Shown here: in pieces, positions 50,113 to 63,182 of the stretch
Layout: each line of letters begins with the position of its first letter
Position numbering within the stretch: position 1 is the first letter of the stretch
Notes under the pieces: model-generated
Database searches by the model: none
Seen by the model: the letters and a program-made list of their open reading frames with translations, nothing else
What the model was told of the DNA's origin: nothing
Program-made: the position numbers and the translations under genes
NCBI RefSeq assembly: GCF_963676685.1
Contig: NC_092356.1
Location: 65,658,001 to 65,722,000 of the forward strand
DNA length: 64,000 nucleotides
Direction of reading: 5' to 3'
Source of the DNA: Mytilus edulis
Lineage: Eukaryota

Positions 50113-51164
50113 CGGTATGAGTATCTATGCAAATATTTATTTATTAAGTGTTTAAGATTACCAAGAATTTAAATTTACATAAACAGTCTCGGGAAACACC
50201 TGAAGATACTAAAAATAAACATATGTGCACGAAAACTTTTGACGAGTACTGAACCATGATAATGTTTAAAATACATACATTGTAGTTTAATCTATCTAAT
50301 GTAACATACAATAAGAGGTGTGGGCGAAATGTAGTACAATATGAATTCGTCATTCGTTTTTTGAAAAGATCAATTTTGGTAAACCATTTGGAATATAAAA
50401 TATGAATACTTGTGTAGCGGAAAGTTCATTTTGAGAAATATTCTTTTATAAATAACATCATTTAAATCCATGACTAACAGTTGATTAGAGCTATTACAAA
50501 ATGTATGAGTGTTTATTACATGTTATCAGAAAGTTGATTTTTTCGCAATAGGCACTTTTATATATGTTAAAATAATTTAAACGTTTCATCACATACACAT
50601 ATGTCTTCAAAGATAATAAACAGAATTAATTAGTAGCTCAACAGTGATGTTTTGCGACGTCCGTTCGCCTGTCAGATCTATTAGACATATACGCCCTGTT
50701 TACTTTTCCCCTGATTACTTTAAGTATGTGCTTAGGCACAACAACTCGTGCATTCTTGATGTACTTTTGTGTTGATAAAAGCAGTCCATACATCAACAAT
50801 TTACTTTCTCATAATATACTTATGCATGAAATACTTGCCACTGGACATTGATCAAACAAGCCAGAATCAACAGGTCGATCTATTATGATAACCTGTTTAT
50901 TTATCAATACAACAAGCATAAAGACTTGAATACGTTATATTCTATTTGATTCCATGAGTTAAATTATGACTCGTATAGCATAGCCAGGACGGTTACTGAA
51001 TATAATCTAGAAAAATGAAAATATTTGTAAAAAAACATCTTGACATGCTATTAGTTTTCCTGACAATCCATTTTTACATGTATAATTGCTGGACAATCCA
51101 TTTTTACACGTATAACACACGTACTTAAAATAAATGATAAAATTAATAATGAACTTGGTTATTC

Positions 51165-52288
51165 TTTTTATGCCCCATTTATGGGCATTATGTTTTCTGG
51201 TCTGTGCGTCCGTCTGTTCGTTCGTTCGTTCGTCCGTCCGGCTGTCCCGCTTCAGGTTAAAGTTTTTGGTCGAGGTAGTTTTTGATGAAGCTGAAATGCA
51301 ATCCACTTGAAACTTAGTACCCTATGATATGATCTTTCAATTTTAATGCCAAGCTAGAGATTTTGTCCCATTTTCACGGCCCACTGAACATAGAAAATGA
51401 TAGTGCGGATGGGGCATCCGTGTACTTTGGACACTTTCTTGTTCATCAATGTTTCGAAAGTAAAACACTAGGTCCTAATTGCTCTTTAACTTCGTACTTT
51501 ATTTGCCCTTTTTTTCGAGCGTCACTGATTAGTCTTTTGTAGACGAAACGCGCGATTGGCGTAAATTAAAAATTTCAATCCTTGTATCTATGGTGAGATT
51601 ATATTCAATGTTATATGAATCGTCATTGCTAGTAGTCTTTTCTATGCCCCCACCTACGATAGTAGAGGGGCATTATGTTTTCTGGTCTGTACGTTCATTC
51701 GTCTGTCTGTCTGTTCGTTCGTCTATCTGTCGTATCGTTCACCCGTCCGTTCGTCCGTCCGTCCGTTCGTCCCGCTTCAGGTTAAAGTTTTTGGTCAAGG
51801 TAGTTTTTGATGAAGCTGAAGTCCAATCAACTTGAAACTTAGTACACATGTTCCTTATGATATCATCTTTCTTATTTTAATGCCAAATAAAACTTTTGAC
51901 CCCAATTTCAAGGTCCACTGAACATAGAAAATGTTAGTTCGAGGGGTGCATCCGTGTACTGGGGACACATACTTGTTAACCTATGATTTTTATGCCCCAC
52001 CTACGATAGTATAGGGGCATTATGTTTTCTGGTCTGTGCGTCCGTTCGTCCGTCCGTCTGTTCGTTCGTCCGTCCGTCTGTCCCGCTTCAGGTTAAAGTT
52101 TTTGGTCAAGGTAGTTTTTGATGAAGTTGAAGTCCAATCGACTTCAAACTTAGTAAACATGTTCCCTATGATATGATCTTTTTAATTTTAATGCCAAATT
52201 AGAGGGTTTACCCCAATTTCACGGTCCACTGAACATAGAAAATGATAGTGCGAGTGGGGCATTCGTGTACTGGGGACACATTCTTGTT
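51165..52288 (+). mobile_element. Three adjacent Helentron-associated non-autonomous elements (HINE/DINE-1-like)
   Basis: Copies at about 51165-51443, 51637-51977 and 51987-52288: 5' hairpin atgcccc..ggggcat, (GTCC/GTTC)n tract, 3' ggggcat plus gtgt..acac hairpin, T-rich ends. Confidence 0.8.
51519..51562 (+). ncRNA. Degenerate hammerhead (retrozyme relic); similar relics at about 46550-46592 and 7410-7460
   Basis: gcguca CUGAUUA gucu uuugu agac GAA acgcgcg AU uggcgu; core mutated. Confidence 0.6.
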
Positions 52289-52550
52289 CTTGCTGCGTTG
52301 AGGACCAATTGGTGGCCTTGGGTTGTTTTCTTTTGAAACTTTCCCGTTTCAATCATCTATTCTATTCTTTCAAATAACCTGTTTTATATAATCGAATATA
52401 ATTATTAAATTGGTATTTACCATTATCAACAATGATATTGAATGACAAAAGCAATTAAATAAAATGCCAATTGTGACAACAGACATTTAAAAATATACAC
52501 ATTTGTGTGGGTGAACATACGTCATACTCTTTTTATCTAACAAATGACTG

Positions 52551-52936
52551 TATGCTACTGTTGGCAACACACCAGTGAGGAATTGAATATCTGGAATAGC
52601 TTACTTCATATCATACCAGACATATATGGACAGACGTTAATGAGAGTGTAACAAAAAAGACCTATTGGTGTTCTGCTGTTGTCTGTTCTATGGTCGGGTT
52701 TTTGTCTCTTTGACAAATTCCCCATTTCCATTCTCAATTTATTTATGCTACTGTTGGTAACACACAAGTGAGGAATTGGATATCTGGAATAGCTTACTTC
52801 ATATCATACCAGACATATATGGACAGACGTTAATGCTAGAGTAAGAAAAAAGACCTATTGGTGTTCTGCTGTTGTCTGTTCTATGGTTGGGTTGTTGTCT
52901 CTTTGACAAATTCCCCATTTCCATTCTCAATTTATT
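52551..52936. repeat. Tandem duplication of ~193 bp ending in a family 2 tail
   Basis: tatgctactgttgg...cattctcaatttattt occurs twice in tandem. Confidence 0.85.
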
Positions 52937-53271
52937 TAAAAAAAAAAAAAATTTACACGTTATCTTAATACAAAAAAAAAAAGTATACCAATTGCAAACT
53001 TAACGAAAGCAAGCTATTCATAAAAGAGTATTAGTAGTACTAAAATGATGTGATGAGGCATACATTTGCTATTCACACGACTTATATACTTTTTAATTAT
53101 TATTTTTATGACTTCAACCTACGATTCTTTATGACAGATAATTTAGATAATATGCAATCAATTCCATCGTCATGTGTTATATAATAGTATGTATTATGTT
53201 ACAACTCTACATTCTACTGACTAGGAAAGGTAACACAAGATCACCGTAAGCTGAATTACTAGTTAAGTTTA

Positions 53272-53375
53272 GGTGGTCGAGTGGCCTAGAGCGCTGGACA
53301 GTGCAGGCGATGTTGTCTTGATATCTCAATAGCATGAGTTCGAATCCCGGAGAGGGAAGAACGAAAATTTGCAAT
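53272..53375 (+). mobile_element. tRNA-derived SINE head
   Basis: A box tggtcgagtgg and B box gttcgaatcc; the anticodon arm and acceptor stem do not form. Confidence 0.6.
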
Positions 53376-56351
53376 GTACCAAGCTCTCATTCACCAGAAT
53401 CTACCATCAATATCAAGTATTCAAAAAGAACAAATAAAAAACAAAAACCTTTAGATAAAGACATTCATTGACAAGTGAGGTTCCTTACAGGTAAACGAAT
53501 AAACAACTGGAAATATTATGTTTTCGTATCTCAACCTTTCCTCATTTATTCATTTGCAAAAGATACATTAAAAAATGCACGATTAAAATTTGTACAGAGA
53601 CAAAAAAAAAAAAAAAAAAAATAAAGATCCTATTTAGCTTTGCTTGTATTTGTTTTGTTAATCTGCTGCGTTTTCAGTAAATTGTTTACTTAAACATTTT
53701 CGAAGCATATCAGTAACTAAGATAGGATAAACAGCCAGAACACATTATTCCTTTCTTTATCGTGTTTGTTTGTGTGCTTAAAAAAGATTTTGTGTTCATG
53801 AATATAAAATGTTTTTGTTTCAAGTACCTAAGACCAACTTAGGACACATCTTATTCTTAAGTGGGTTTATCAAACATGTCTCAACTTCGGAAAATCATAG
53901 GAATTGTCCTAACTTTAGGATACCAGTTTAGGTGTCATAGGATGTTCCGAACTTTAGGATACCAATTGAGGTGTCTTAAGATGGTCTTAGGGTGGTCCTA
54001 ACTTAAGGATATATTTGAATTTCGTCTTTTTTTCATTTTCACACGTATTAGTTTTTAAGCAGTAGTAAAATAGTTGGAATTCTCCGTATTTTTATGAAAA
54101 ATGTACGAGATTTGCCTTTCAACTATTAAAGAATAAAACCGTGACACTCCGAATTCAACTCACGCAAAAACATGATTTTTACCGATTATATAGTTTACAA
54201 TTGGTTTGTTATTTTTTTTATATAATACGTAGTTATCATTTTTGTCTTCTGTTTTGTTTTATATTTCTTCTCCGCCAATACTTAGGAAATTGGTTAGGAC
54301 GTCCTAGCTAAGATAATCCTAAGATAGCTTCGATGTGCTGATTTTGTTTAATGTGTGTGAAGTAATTTTGTTTTCATGAACGTGACATTACTTTGTTTCA
54401 TGAACCTGAAATGATTTTGTTTCATGTGCATGGAGTGATATTTTTCCATGGACCGATACATCGTTTCTATATTGATGTTGATATTTTGACTACGTGAACA
54501 ATATATATATATATATATATATATTTAAACAGTATATATACTATAGTGACATCCTGTAATACGATGCATACAATAGCCTATAAATATAAGCTTAACTAAT
54601 TCAAATGTTTATACAACAAAAGATTTAAATATCTATGTAATGTCAGAACCGGATACAAGGTTATAAGATAAAATTCTGTCCTATATTTGACAATACATTT
54701 TCCATTGAGTTGGAGCGACTTATGCATGACGAAACATTGTATATTTACTGAAGCTGTCATAACATACATAACAGGAAGGAAAAAAACACTGAGTTTGTTT
54801 TGAAATTATTGATTAACCTTTAAATGATACAGTGTACATGGTGTAATACACTAACGACATCAATTAAAAAAAATTTTTATGCTTACTATCGTTGTAATAG
54901 CATGGAAGTATACAATCATCCAATGTGCTTGGATTAGGGAACTAAAGGAAGAGTTGGTGCCTTCTAACGTTTAACCTTCAAGTGTGACACATTCGGTACG
55001 TGCCAAGTCAGGCGCCTGTAGTTCCGTGGTTGTCGTTATTTGCTATGTTGCATATTTGTTTTTCATACATTATTTTGTACATCGGTTAGGGCGTTGGTTC
55101 TATTGTTTGAATTGTTTTGCATTTCTCATTTCGGGGATGTTTAAACGGGTAAACCAACGGTCTAATGTATATAAAAAACGAGAAACACTGATGAACAACA
55201 TTAACAGACGACAAATACTGAACATCAAATTGCACATACATTTATGACAGTGACTTATAGTTATCCCTATGACTTGTTGTCACTCTTTCCCTATAGAAAT
55301 TGTACAACAACTCGAGTTTGATCTGAAGAAATTCATAAGAATTAAAAAAAAATATGGTTTCTCAAAGAAATAAACATAATAGTTATAGAAAACGAGTCAT
55401 TATCATGATGCATGGACTTTTCGTAGGCTCGGTTATTATTCTTTCTTATGTTGTACTGTTATAATCCTGGTACTTTTGATAACTAATTATACCACTCTCC
55501 CAGGTTAGGGGGAGGGTTGGGATCCCGCTAACATGTTTAACCCCGCCACATTATTTATGTATGTGTCTGTACCAAGTCAGGAGCCAATTCAGTGGTTGTC
55601 GTTTGTTTATGTGTTACATATTTGTTTTTCGTTCATTTTTTTAACATAAATAAGGCCGGTAGTTTTCTCGTTTGAATTGTTTTACATTGTCTTATCGGGG
55701 CCTATTATAGCCGACTAGGGTAATCGTATCGTGAAACACGAAGTTCAAAGTTTAAAATCATGCACAATTTATTTATATACGAGTTAATAACCGATGGTGC
55801 GTTTCATTTCATGTCCATTTTCATGTAAAATAATGAGCACAAAGCGAAATCCGAACTTTATTATGCTAGGATGAAGATAGGATGATCTTAAGACACCTTA
55901 TTGGGTGTCCTAAAGTTAGGACGAAAAATGAGACATATCAAAAGTTAAGAGAGCTGCGAGAACACGACTTATGACAAAGACTTGACATAAGATAGACTTA
56001 GGACACGTCCTAATCCTAAGATAGCTTCGAGAACACCACCCCTGATTTGCAATGACGAATAGTGCGCCAGTGAACTTGTGGTTATTCTCATATCAAATAG
56101 AAACTCGAAATAGCCTGTGTCGCTTACTTAGGTCTATGAGTATATTTAACAAAGGACACTTTCTAACACTGTAGACAATCACGGGAATATTATTCATAAC
56201 AAAAAACCTTCTTTGTTGATCTTGTATTACTGATCCTTTTTCTGTTTATTTTATCTCTATATTCTTCAGTTTTGGCTCAAAACACTAAAGCGGGTAACAC
56301 AATTGTCATTTAATGACAATCACTCATATAAAGACGACAGTTTACTAAGTA

Positions 56352-56640
56352 AAAAGGAAAATCACAAAAATACTGAACTCTGAGGAAAAATCAAATCAGA
56401 AAGTCCCTAATCAAATGGCAAAATCAAAGGATGAAACACATCAAACGAATGGACAACAACTGTCACATTCCTGACTTGGTATAGGCATTTTCAAATATAG
56501 AAAATGGTGGATTAAACCTGATTTTATAGCACTAAACCTCTCACTTGTATGATAGTCGCATCAAATTCCGTTATATTTACAACGATGCGTGAACAAAACA
56601 GACAAAATAGGTAAAATAGTCAAATATGGGAACAGCAGTC
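56352..56640 (-). mobile_element. Family 4 retro-repeat with twister-like fold at 56461-56554
   Basis: Minus strand reads ucaua caaguga GAGGU..UAA UCC AC C auuuuc..gaaaau G CCUA UACCAAGU CAGG AA uguga. T1 is ACC/GGU and T2 is AC/GU; this copy has one P4 mismatch. Confidence 0.75.
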
Positions 56641-57574
56641 ATCATTGAGTTACAATATGAAAACAAACAAACAATACAAAAAAGGCACAAATTAAAAACA
56701 CATTCATTGCTTTACGTGACTGACGTCAGAAAATTCAAACGTCACACGGGAACAATAAATTGATTCGAGATACACGTTATTTATTAAGTCAACAACGTTA
56801 TAACACACAGATAGCAAAATGTCAGCATGATAAATTATTCTTGGTGACTGTGTGTATAATCAAAATATATGATTTGAGAACAATAAAAGTTCGTGTCGGA
56901 AAGAAGAAAATTAAAGCCTTATTTTAAATTAGTATGTTTGTGCGTTAGTTTACGTTGACTACTTCTGTTAGTGTGTCAGTGTATCTTCACAAGAAACGAT
57001 GTTTTAAATATTTTGTGATACTGAACTACTTTGTAACTCAAACTCATTTAAAAACATAATAATTATACTCAAATATAAAATGAAATATATAGTTTATTTC
57101 CTCCTAATCGGTTTTGATAATACCCTTATTTCGATATTTCCTGGTAAAATGCTTAATTTGAAAATTTCCCCGAAATTGGGTTGGACAATATTGAATAAAA
57201 CGGATATACTTTGGGGAAAAAATGATTTGATCGTATGCAATTTCACTCAAAAAGTTGACCGAAACATTCGAGAAAGTAAAACACAATCCCAATGTCTAAA
57301 TGTCTTTACCTACAAGTAAACATAAACACATACCATATGCTTAATACAATATCGTAAGTATTAATGTATTTGTTTACATAATACCTATACATATATATAT
57401 ATAATCAAGCGTTTGTTTTTGAAAGCCTGCTGTCAAAATTTGTGTAACTTTATTGTTAGAGTTTTATGTTACATTTGTTACACATTGAATATTTCAATTT
57501 AATGGTATCTTTTATATTATAATTACGTAAACATTTGAGAAGCATATGAATTTGACTCTCTCAACACTCAAATG

Positions 57575-58376
57575 GACTACCAAAATGTCAGTATGCACCT
57601 CACCTCAGAAGCTAAAAAAACCTTTAAATAGTCTTCTAAGAAGGGATATAGTTACGATACTGTTGTCAGGTCATTAAAGATTGCATATTTTGGCGTTAAT
57701 ATTGATTCACTTATAGGGTCTTTGCGTCGGAACTAAACACATTTATTTAAAAACCAGTTGTTGGCATGACACGGGTGATGTTCTTCTCATATATGTTATG
57801 ATGGTGTGATACTTAACCCCTCACGGGAAGGATTGTGCCTGATATTCATATGATGAAGACATAATCTTTCAATCAGTTTAATTGAAGTCTGGAGCTGGCA
57901 TGTCAGTTAACTGCTATTAGTCTGATGTAATTCATGTATTATTGTCATTTTGTTTATTTTCTTTGGTTACATCTTCTGACATCAGACTCGGACTTCTCTT
58001 GAACTGAATTTTAATATGCGTATTGTTATGCGTTTACTTTTCTGAATTGGCTAGAGTTATAGGGGGAGGGTTGAGATCTCATAAACATGTTTAACCCTGC
58101 CTCATTTTTGCGCCTGTCCCAAATTAGGAGCCTCTGGCCTTTGTTAGTCTTGTTTTATTTTTAATTTTAGTTACTTGTGTACAATTTGGAGTTTAGTATG
58201 GCGTTCATTATCACTGAACTAGTATATATATTTGTTTAGGGGCCAGCTGAAGGACGCCTCCGGGTGCGGGAATTTCTCGCTGCATTGAAGACCTGTTGGT
58301 GACCTTCTGCTGTTGTCTTCTCTATGGTCGGGTTGTTGTCTCTTTGACACATTCCCCATTTCCATTCTCAATTTTA
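57575..58376 (+). mobile_element. 5'-truncated Penelope-like element, family 2: ORF end, SECIS, twister fold, 3' module
   Basis: Frame reads ..PLNSLLRRDIV / KGYSYDTVVRSLKIAYFGVNIDSLIGSLRRN* across a frameshift, with the stop near 57736. SECIS at 57780-57860; decayed twister at 58050-58139; the tail matches many short copies in the window. Confidence 0.7.
57780..57860 (+). promoter_or_regulatory. Type II SECIS element
   Basis: Helix I ucauau/auauga; AUGAU (57798) / UGAU (57840) core; helix II GGUGUGAUACUU/AAGGAUUGUGCC; unpaired AA; mini-stem CCC/GGG; lies about 60 nt after the ORF stop. Confidence 0.8.
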
Positions 58377-60248
58377 CCGTATTATGGTAGCAAAGCATGT
58401 AAACATACAGCTCTGCTAGAACTGATATGTACAAATGTGTGTAAAAGACATGATGAATCTTCTACATTTCGAAATGCCGAAAGCATCTGTGTTCAAAATT
58501 GAGTGGCAAAAGTAAATACTTTTGTATCAGTTTTTGCAGTTTTGGATCAGTGTAAGAAGTTTTAGTTCCTCATACAAATACATAAGACAATGTTTGAAAC
58601 ATAAATACTACAGGCTGAGAGTCTGATATGTTATGATCATCGGCAAAATCACTTATGTTAAATATTAAATTATCTTTAGGTATATACATGCGCTGTGATA
58701 CCTTGAAAGCTAATCCACATTGCATGACTTGAATAAAACGTTCGTCCTTAGAAGGAATATTGATTCCATATCATGTGTATGATGTCCTGGCAGTGAACCA
58801 AATTTCATATGATTATTATCAAAACAATATGTTTAAATGTCTGTCCGTGTTTTTGTTATAAGAAACGGACTACAATGTCACTTTGTATTACACTTTGACC
58901 ACATATTTTTACCTGGTTATAGTAGGCATTTTCGGGTGAATTTACGTACTAAATAAGATTTCCTGGTAATCTGCAACTGCAATCATTTTACATAGGTAGC
59001 ATACATGGAAATTCCTTCAAAAAATAAATGATTCAGTAAATCGGTTTGCGAAACCATGTTTTTATTTAATTAAGTGGATGGTTAGCTTGTGTGTGTATGT
59101 AAGTATAAGTTCGATGTTAGTTTTCTATACTTGTTTTACTGAATAAACTATTAATATGATCCAGGACCGTTTTCCTAAATAAACAATATTGTGCATTTTA
59201 TGATTAATTTTACCATTATCATCACACGAAGTTCAATTGGGATATATCTGTTAATTCAGCATAATATTGGGGCATTGTCCTTTTTCCATGTGAAAGATTT
59301 TGAGAAATATGGGATTCGTTTGTCATTACAAGAAGAATTTTGTTTATCATTGTAACAGTTGTTTTATTTTTCTTAAGACGTTTTCAGTAGGGGAAAATAT
59401 ATATGTACACTACGCTACTGAAACAAACGAGCTTTTGGCGAAAAATCAGAATCAAGAACTTTTAAAATAAACATGACGATATGTGTTATAATAGTCAACA
59501 ATCGAATTATCTACCAGATCTACAGTTTAAATGACATGAGAATAAATATTTGAAGGTCCCTGCACGTTTTTCATCAAGAGTAGTGTATGTGGGGGAGTAT
59601 GACCCCCAAACCTCGGACGCGAGACGCGAGCTGCGCGCATGCGCCGACGCTATATTTGGGCCTTAGCGTGGACGCCGTAGTTGACTCTGAAATCTAAGGG
59701 TATGACTCACAGGCCGACGCCATATTTGGGCATTCGCACGGACGCGAGCGCTATAGTTTGACCTGAGCGCGGACGCGAACACTATATTTGGGCCTTCACG
59801 CGGACATCGGGACACCAATTCCATATTTGGACCTGAAATCGGGACGCAAGACGTTATAGTTAGACCTGCGCGCGTACACTCACGCTATATTTGGGCCTCA
59901 GCACGGACATCAGAGTTGGACTTGACATGGGGATGCATACCTAAGGATATGACTCACACGAACACCTTATTTGAGTGCAGAGGCTATAGTTGGGCTTAGG
60001 CGCGGGCGCTATACCTAAATATTGGTCCAAGCTACCCTCCAAGGTGGACGTTACGTCACACTCTAGAAAGTGGTGTTCGGATAAATCTCTCTCACACTTC
60101 CAGATACTAGATCTGGTTCAGGACTTGAGACCTGCTACATATTCATGTAGGTGGTTTAAGATTCTTTTCTTTTCTTTTCTTTTCTTTTCTTGTTTTATTA
60201 TCTATTTATTTCTTTCTTTATTTTTTTTTTGTATCATTTTTTTTTTTT

Positions 60249-60367
60249 TTAACCAAATACGGCTACGAGTTTGCTGTCATTCTTAATCAAGTCAGTGGAT
60301 GAAAAGGTGCTGATAATGTCCTTCATCTCCAGTTCTCGACATCTCAATTTGACGTAATAAATACAAT
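60249..60367 (-). pseudogene. Detached C-terminus of the Polinton cysteine protease
   Basis: Reads CIYYVKLRCRELEMKDIISTFSSTDLIKNDSKLVAVFG*, which continues ..TCGLY in frame once 60368-61902 and one TSD are removed. Confidence 0.88.
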
Positions 60368-61902
60368 TAGTGGAGCGGCGGAGCAGACAATTTCAGAAAT
60401 TTAAATTACCTAAATACCTCATGGACTTTTAATAGCTCGTTGGAAAGCTGAAATCGTGTACTTTTTGAAAATATGTGTCGTCAATATGAAAGCTGGTACC
60501 ATTATGCCGAAAATCAAGGTCAAAGGTCATCACTTAAAAAATCCTATTTTCATCTCGAGAAACAATACCATTGATATTTTTCAAAATTAATAATCTATTC
60601 AATAAATTAAATGAGTATTACTATGTATCAATGTGTTAGTTCATACAACTTTGTTTTTTTATTTGGACTTGACGTCAAAAGAACGTTATATTTAACTTTT
60701 TTGAAGGTAGTCCGTGGTATACAAATTTTAAAGGGTGATCATAATTTCCAGGCACCAAAGAATTAGAGAAATCGTAATTTATATCTGGTGTTTCCTTTTC
60801 AGCTGAAGAACATGCTACTGCTTTTAAATTATGTTTACTTGTGTAGCTTTTAAAACATGATCTATGGTACCTAAATACGGGTAATTTACTAGATATTTCA
60901 TTGCAGAACTCATAAAAAAAACTGAACAAATCATCACGTCTCTTTGCTGCAGCATTTATCAGGCTTTTTCTTCCAGATTCCGTTGATGTTATCAAATTTT
61001 CATCATCAACAGAATTGCAGATAATGCAATTGTCAACACCAACTTCCACTCTCCTTTTTTTTTTTGGCATTCGGAGGGACTAGTTTTAATGAGACTGATA
61101 AATTGTCCATTTGATGAAATAAGAAACAAATCAAACACACCTGAAAACCAAACAAACCCTACAATGATATTCACTTTTCCCGTTGAAATCAACAAAATCT
61201 AATACACAACAATACCAAACAATATAAATTAATCACAAAGCTTCGGAAATTACAAAATGAACAAGAAATATGCTTGAAAACGACTACAATCAACCTTCGA
61301 AAAATTGCTGAATGTTGGACTATAAATAGAAACCACAACAATGTCGGTAAATTTGAGACAAATATTCGGACTTCAAATCTCAATAAAAAGCCGATATTTA
61401 GCCAAATATTTATCTTATAAAGAATTTACTGCAAAAAGTAAATCGAGTCGATTGAAGTATTATACGACGGCTTTATTGTTGTGCCTTTAAAATACAACTA
61501 TACTGCACGTGCAAATAATGCTAGGTGAAAAACGATGATTTTTCACTGTTATTTTCAACCATTTTCAGATGCATTGTGCTCTCCATATAGGACTTTTTAA
61601 AAATGCTCTTGTATGAAGTTCAAGAATAACTATATTTACCAATTTCGTTCACAAATTATTTTTTAGAACGTGTTTGATATGAAATATGAGTACCGAATCA
61701 GCAGTGGGGTATACGATGCAAGTTGGGTAACGTCAGTTAAGGCTTTTTTTAACGTCATTTGTAACACATTTTATTTTGACGACAAACATTTTTCAGAAGT
61801 TGAATAATCGATAGACATTTTAAGCCATTAAAATCCCATGAGGTATTTAGGTAATTTAAACTCGTTAACTAAGCGACTTTTTTAACTTTCGCCGCTCCAC
61901 TA
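60368..61902 (-). mobile_element. Internally deleted Academ-like DNA transposon inserted in the Polinton protease
   Basis: TIR TAGTGGAGCGGCG plus subterminal inverted ttaaattacctaaatacctcatgg; 3-bp TSD AAT (60365-60367 and 61903-61905); TAG ends and a 3-bp TSD fit Academ. Confidence 0.8.
60675..61070 (-). pseudogene. Truncated N-terminus of the transposon protein (NLS, CxxC...YHxxC zinc-binding motif)
   Basis: MPKKKRR..CIIC..G.KSL..AA..R.D..YHRSCFKSYT; no catalytic domain follows. Confidence 0.6.
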
Positions 61903-63136
61903 AATACAAGCCACAGGTATTTGAATCATTGGGTTGAATTTGATTGCCAATCACACAGTATTCCGGTCCATTCACGATGAGTACATTTCTAAAATAGCGT
62001 TGGTACGTTTCCGGGTATCGACCTAAGGAGTCGAAAAATTCGGGTGGACCCGATGCGGGAAAATAAAAAGCCACCCAATGACTCCCCTTTTGGTCACAGT
62101 TGTCCGTATTGACTACAAACGTTCTAGGCCTGTCGCTCACATAGCTAGGCAAGTCTTCTGCACAGCACACGGTCACGGGCAATCCGCTCAAAGCATCCTC
62201 TACATCTTTCCCGGTCATCGGAAGAGCAATGCCGTTTTTCTTCCCACACCCTTGCTGACTATGGGTTTCCAATCCGCGAAGGTGAGCAAACACTACTCCA
62301 CAATCCCGACAGGCGATGAGATCTTCTCGTCTTTCAGCATCGTCCGACGATACGTCTGTTGTCTCGTCGGCCATGTCTTCGTCTGACGAGACCGAACTTT
62401 CGTCTTCGGAGAGATGGGGGTCCTCCTTCTTTTCATCATGTGTCTCTCCTTGACCGATCTGCAAGACCTCTGTGCGTAATCTGGAGGCTTCCGGGGTTTT
62501 AGCTTTTAGGTCAACCAGAAGGTACCCGAAAGGTGTCCTCGTTGCCTCTTCGAATTTCCGGAGAAAGAAGTCCCCTCGAGAAGGATACATCTGTCGGCCC
62601 AGCGTCATGATGGGTTGACGATCAATGGGGTTATTAAAGAGAACGAGATAATGACAGTTTCGTCTCTGGGTGGGGTCTTTGCCAAAGTATAAATTCTGAT
62701 TCAAAACGACGACCGATAAATTTCTATGGTGACTCCCTTCCGTAAACAAATCATTTATTCTGGAGTCTTTGGCCGAGGTCGACATGAGATCATCTAATAG
62801 GATCATGTTTCGAATGTTGGGATCGAAAAAATCGTCCCTTTCGAGATCAAAAGGAATTCCACGAATGAATTCAACGCGTGGAAGCACTGTTCGTTGTAAT
62901 TCCTTGTAAAGAGGTTGCCACCTTTTATACAACCAAACAATTCTTTCTGGACTGGGACTACACAGTCTTTTTATGTGTTGAAGCACATCTTTCATAAAAT
63001 GAGTTTTTCCGCAGGAGGTGGGACCGGACACGATCATGGTAAAAGGGTGGCTAAACACGAAAGTCTCCTGTTGCTGCTGCTGCTGCTGCTTTTGCTGCTG
63101 TTGTTGCTGTTGCTGCTGTTGCTGCTGCTGTTGCTT

Positions 63137-63182
<46 letters not shown>

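Noticed and set aside
53272-53350. tRNA gene
   Set aside because: A and B boxes are present but there is no cloverleaf; treated as a SINE head.
60360-60367. hAT-type 8-bp or 6-bp TSD for the element at 60368-61902
   Set aside because: The apparent longer duplication comes from the native TTGTATTGTATT sequence; only a 3-bp TSD restores the conserved protease frame.
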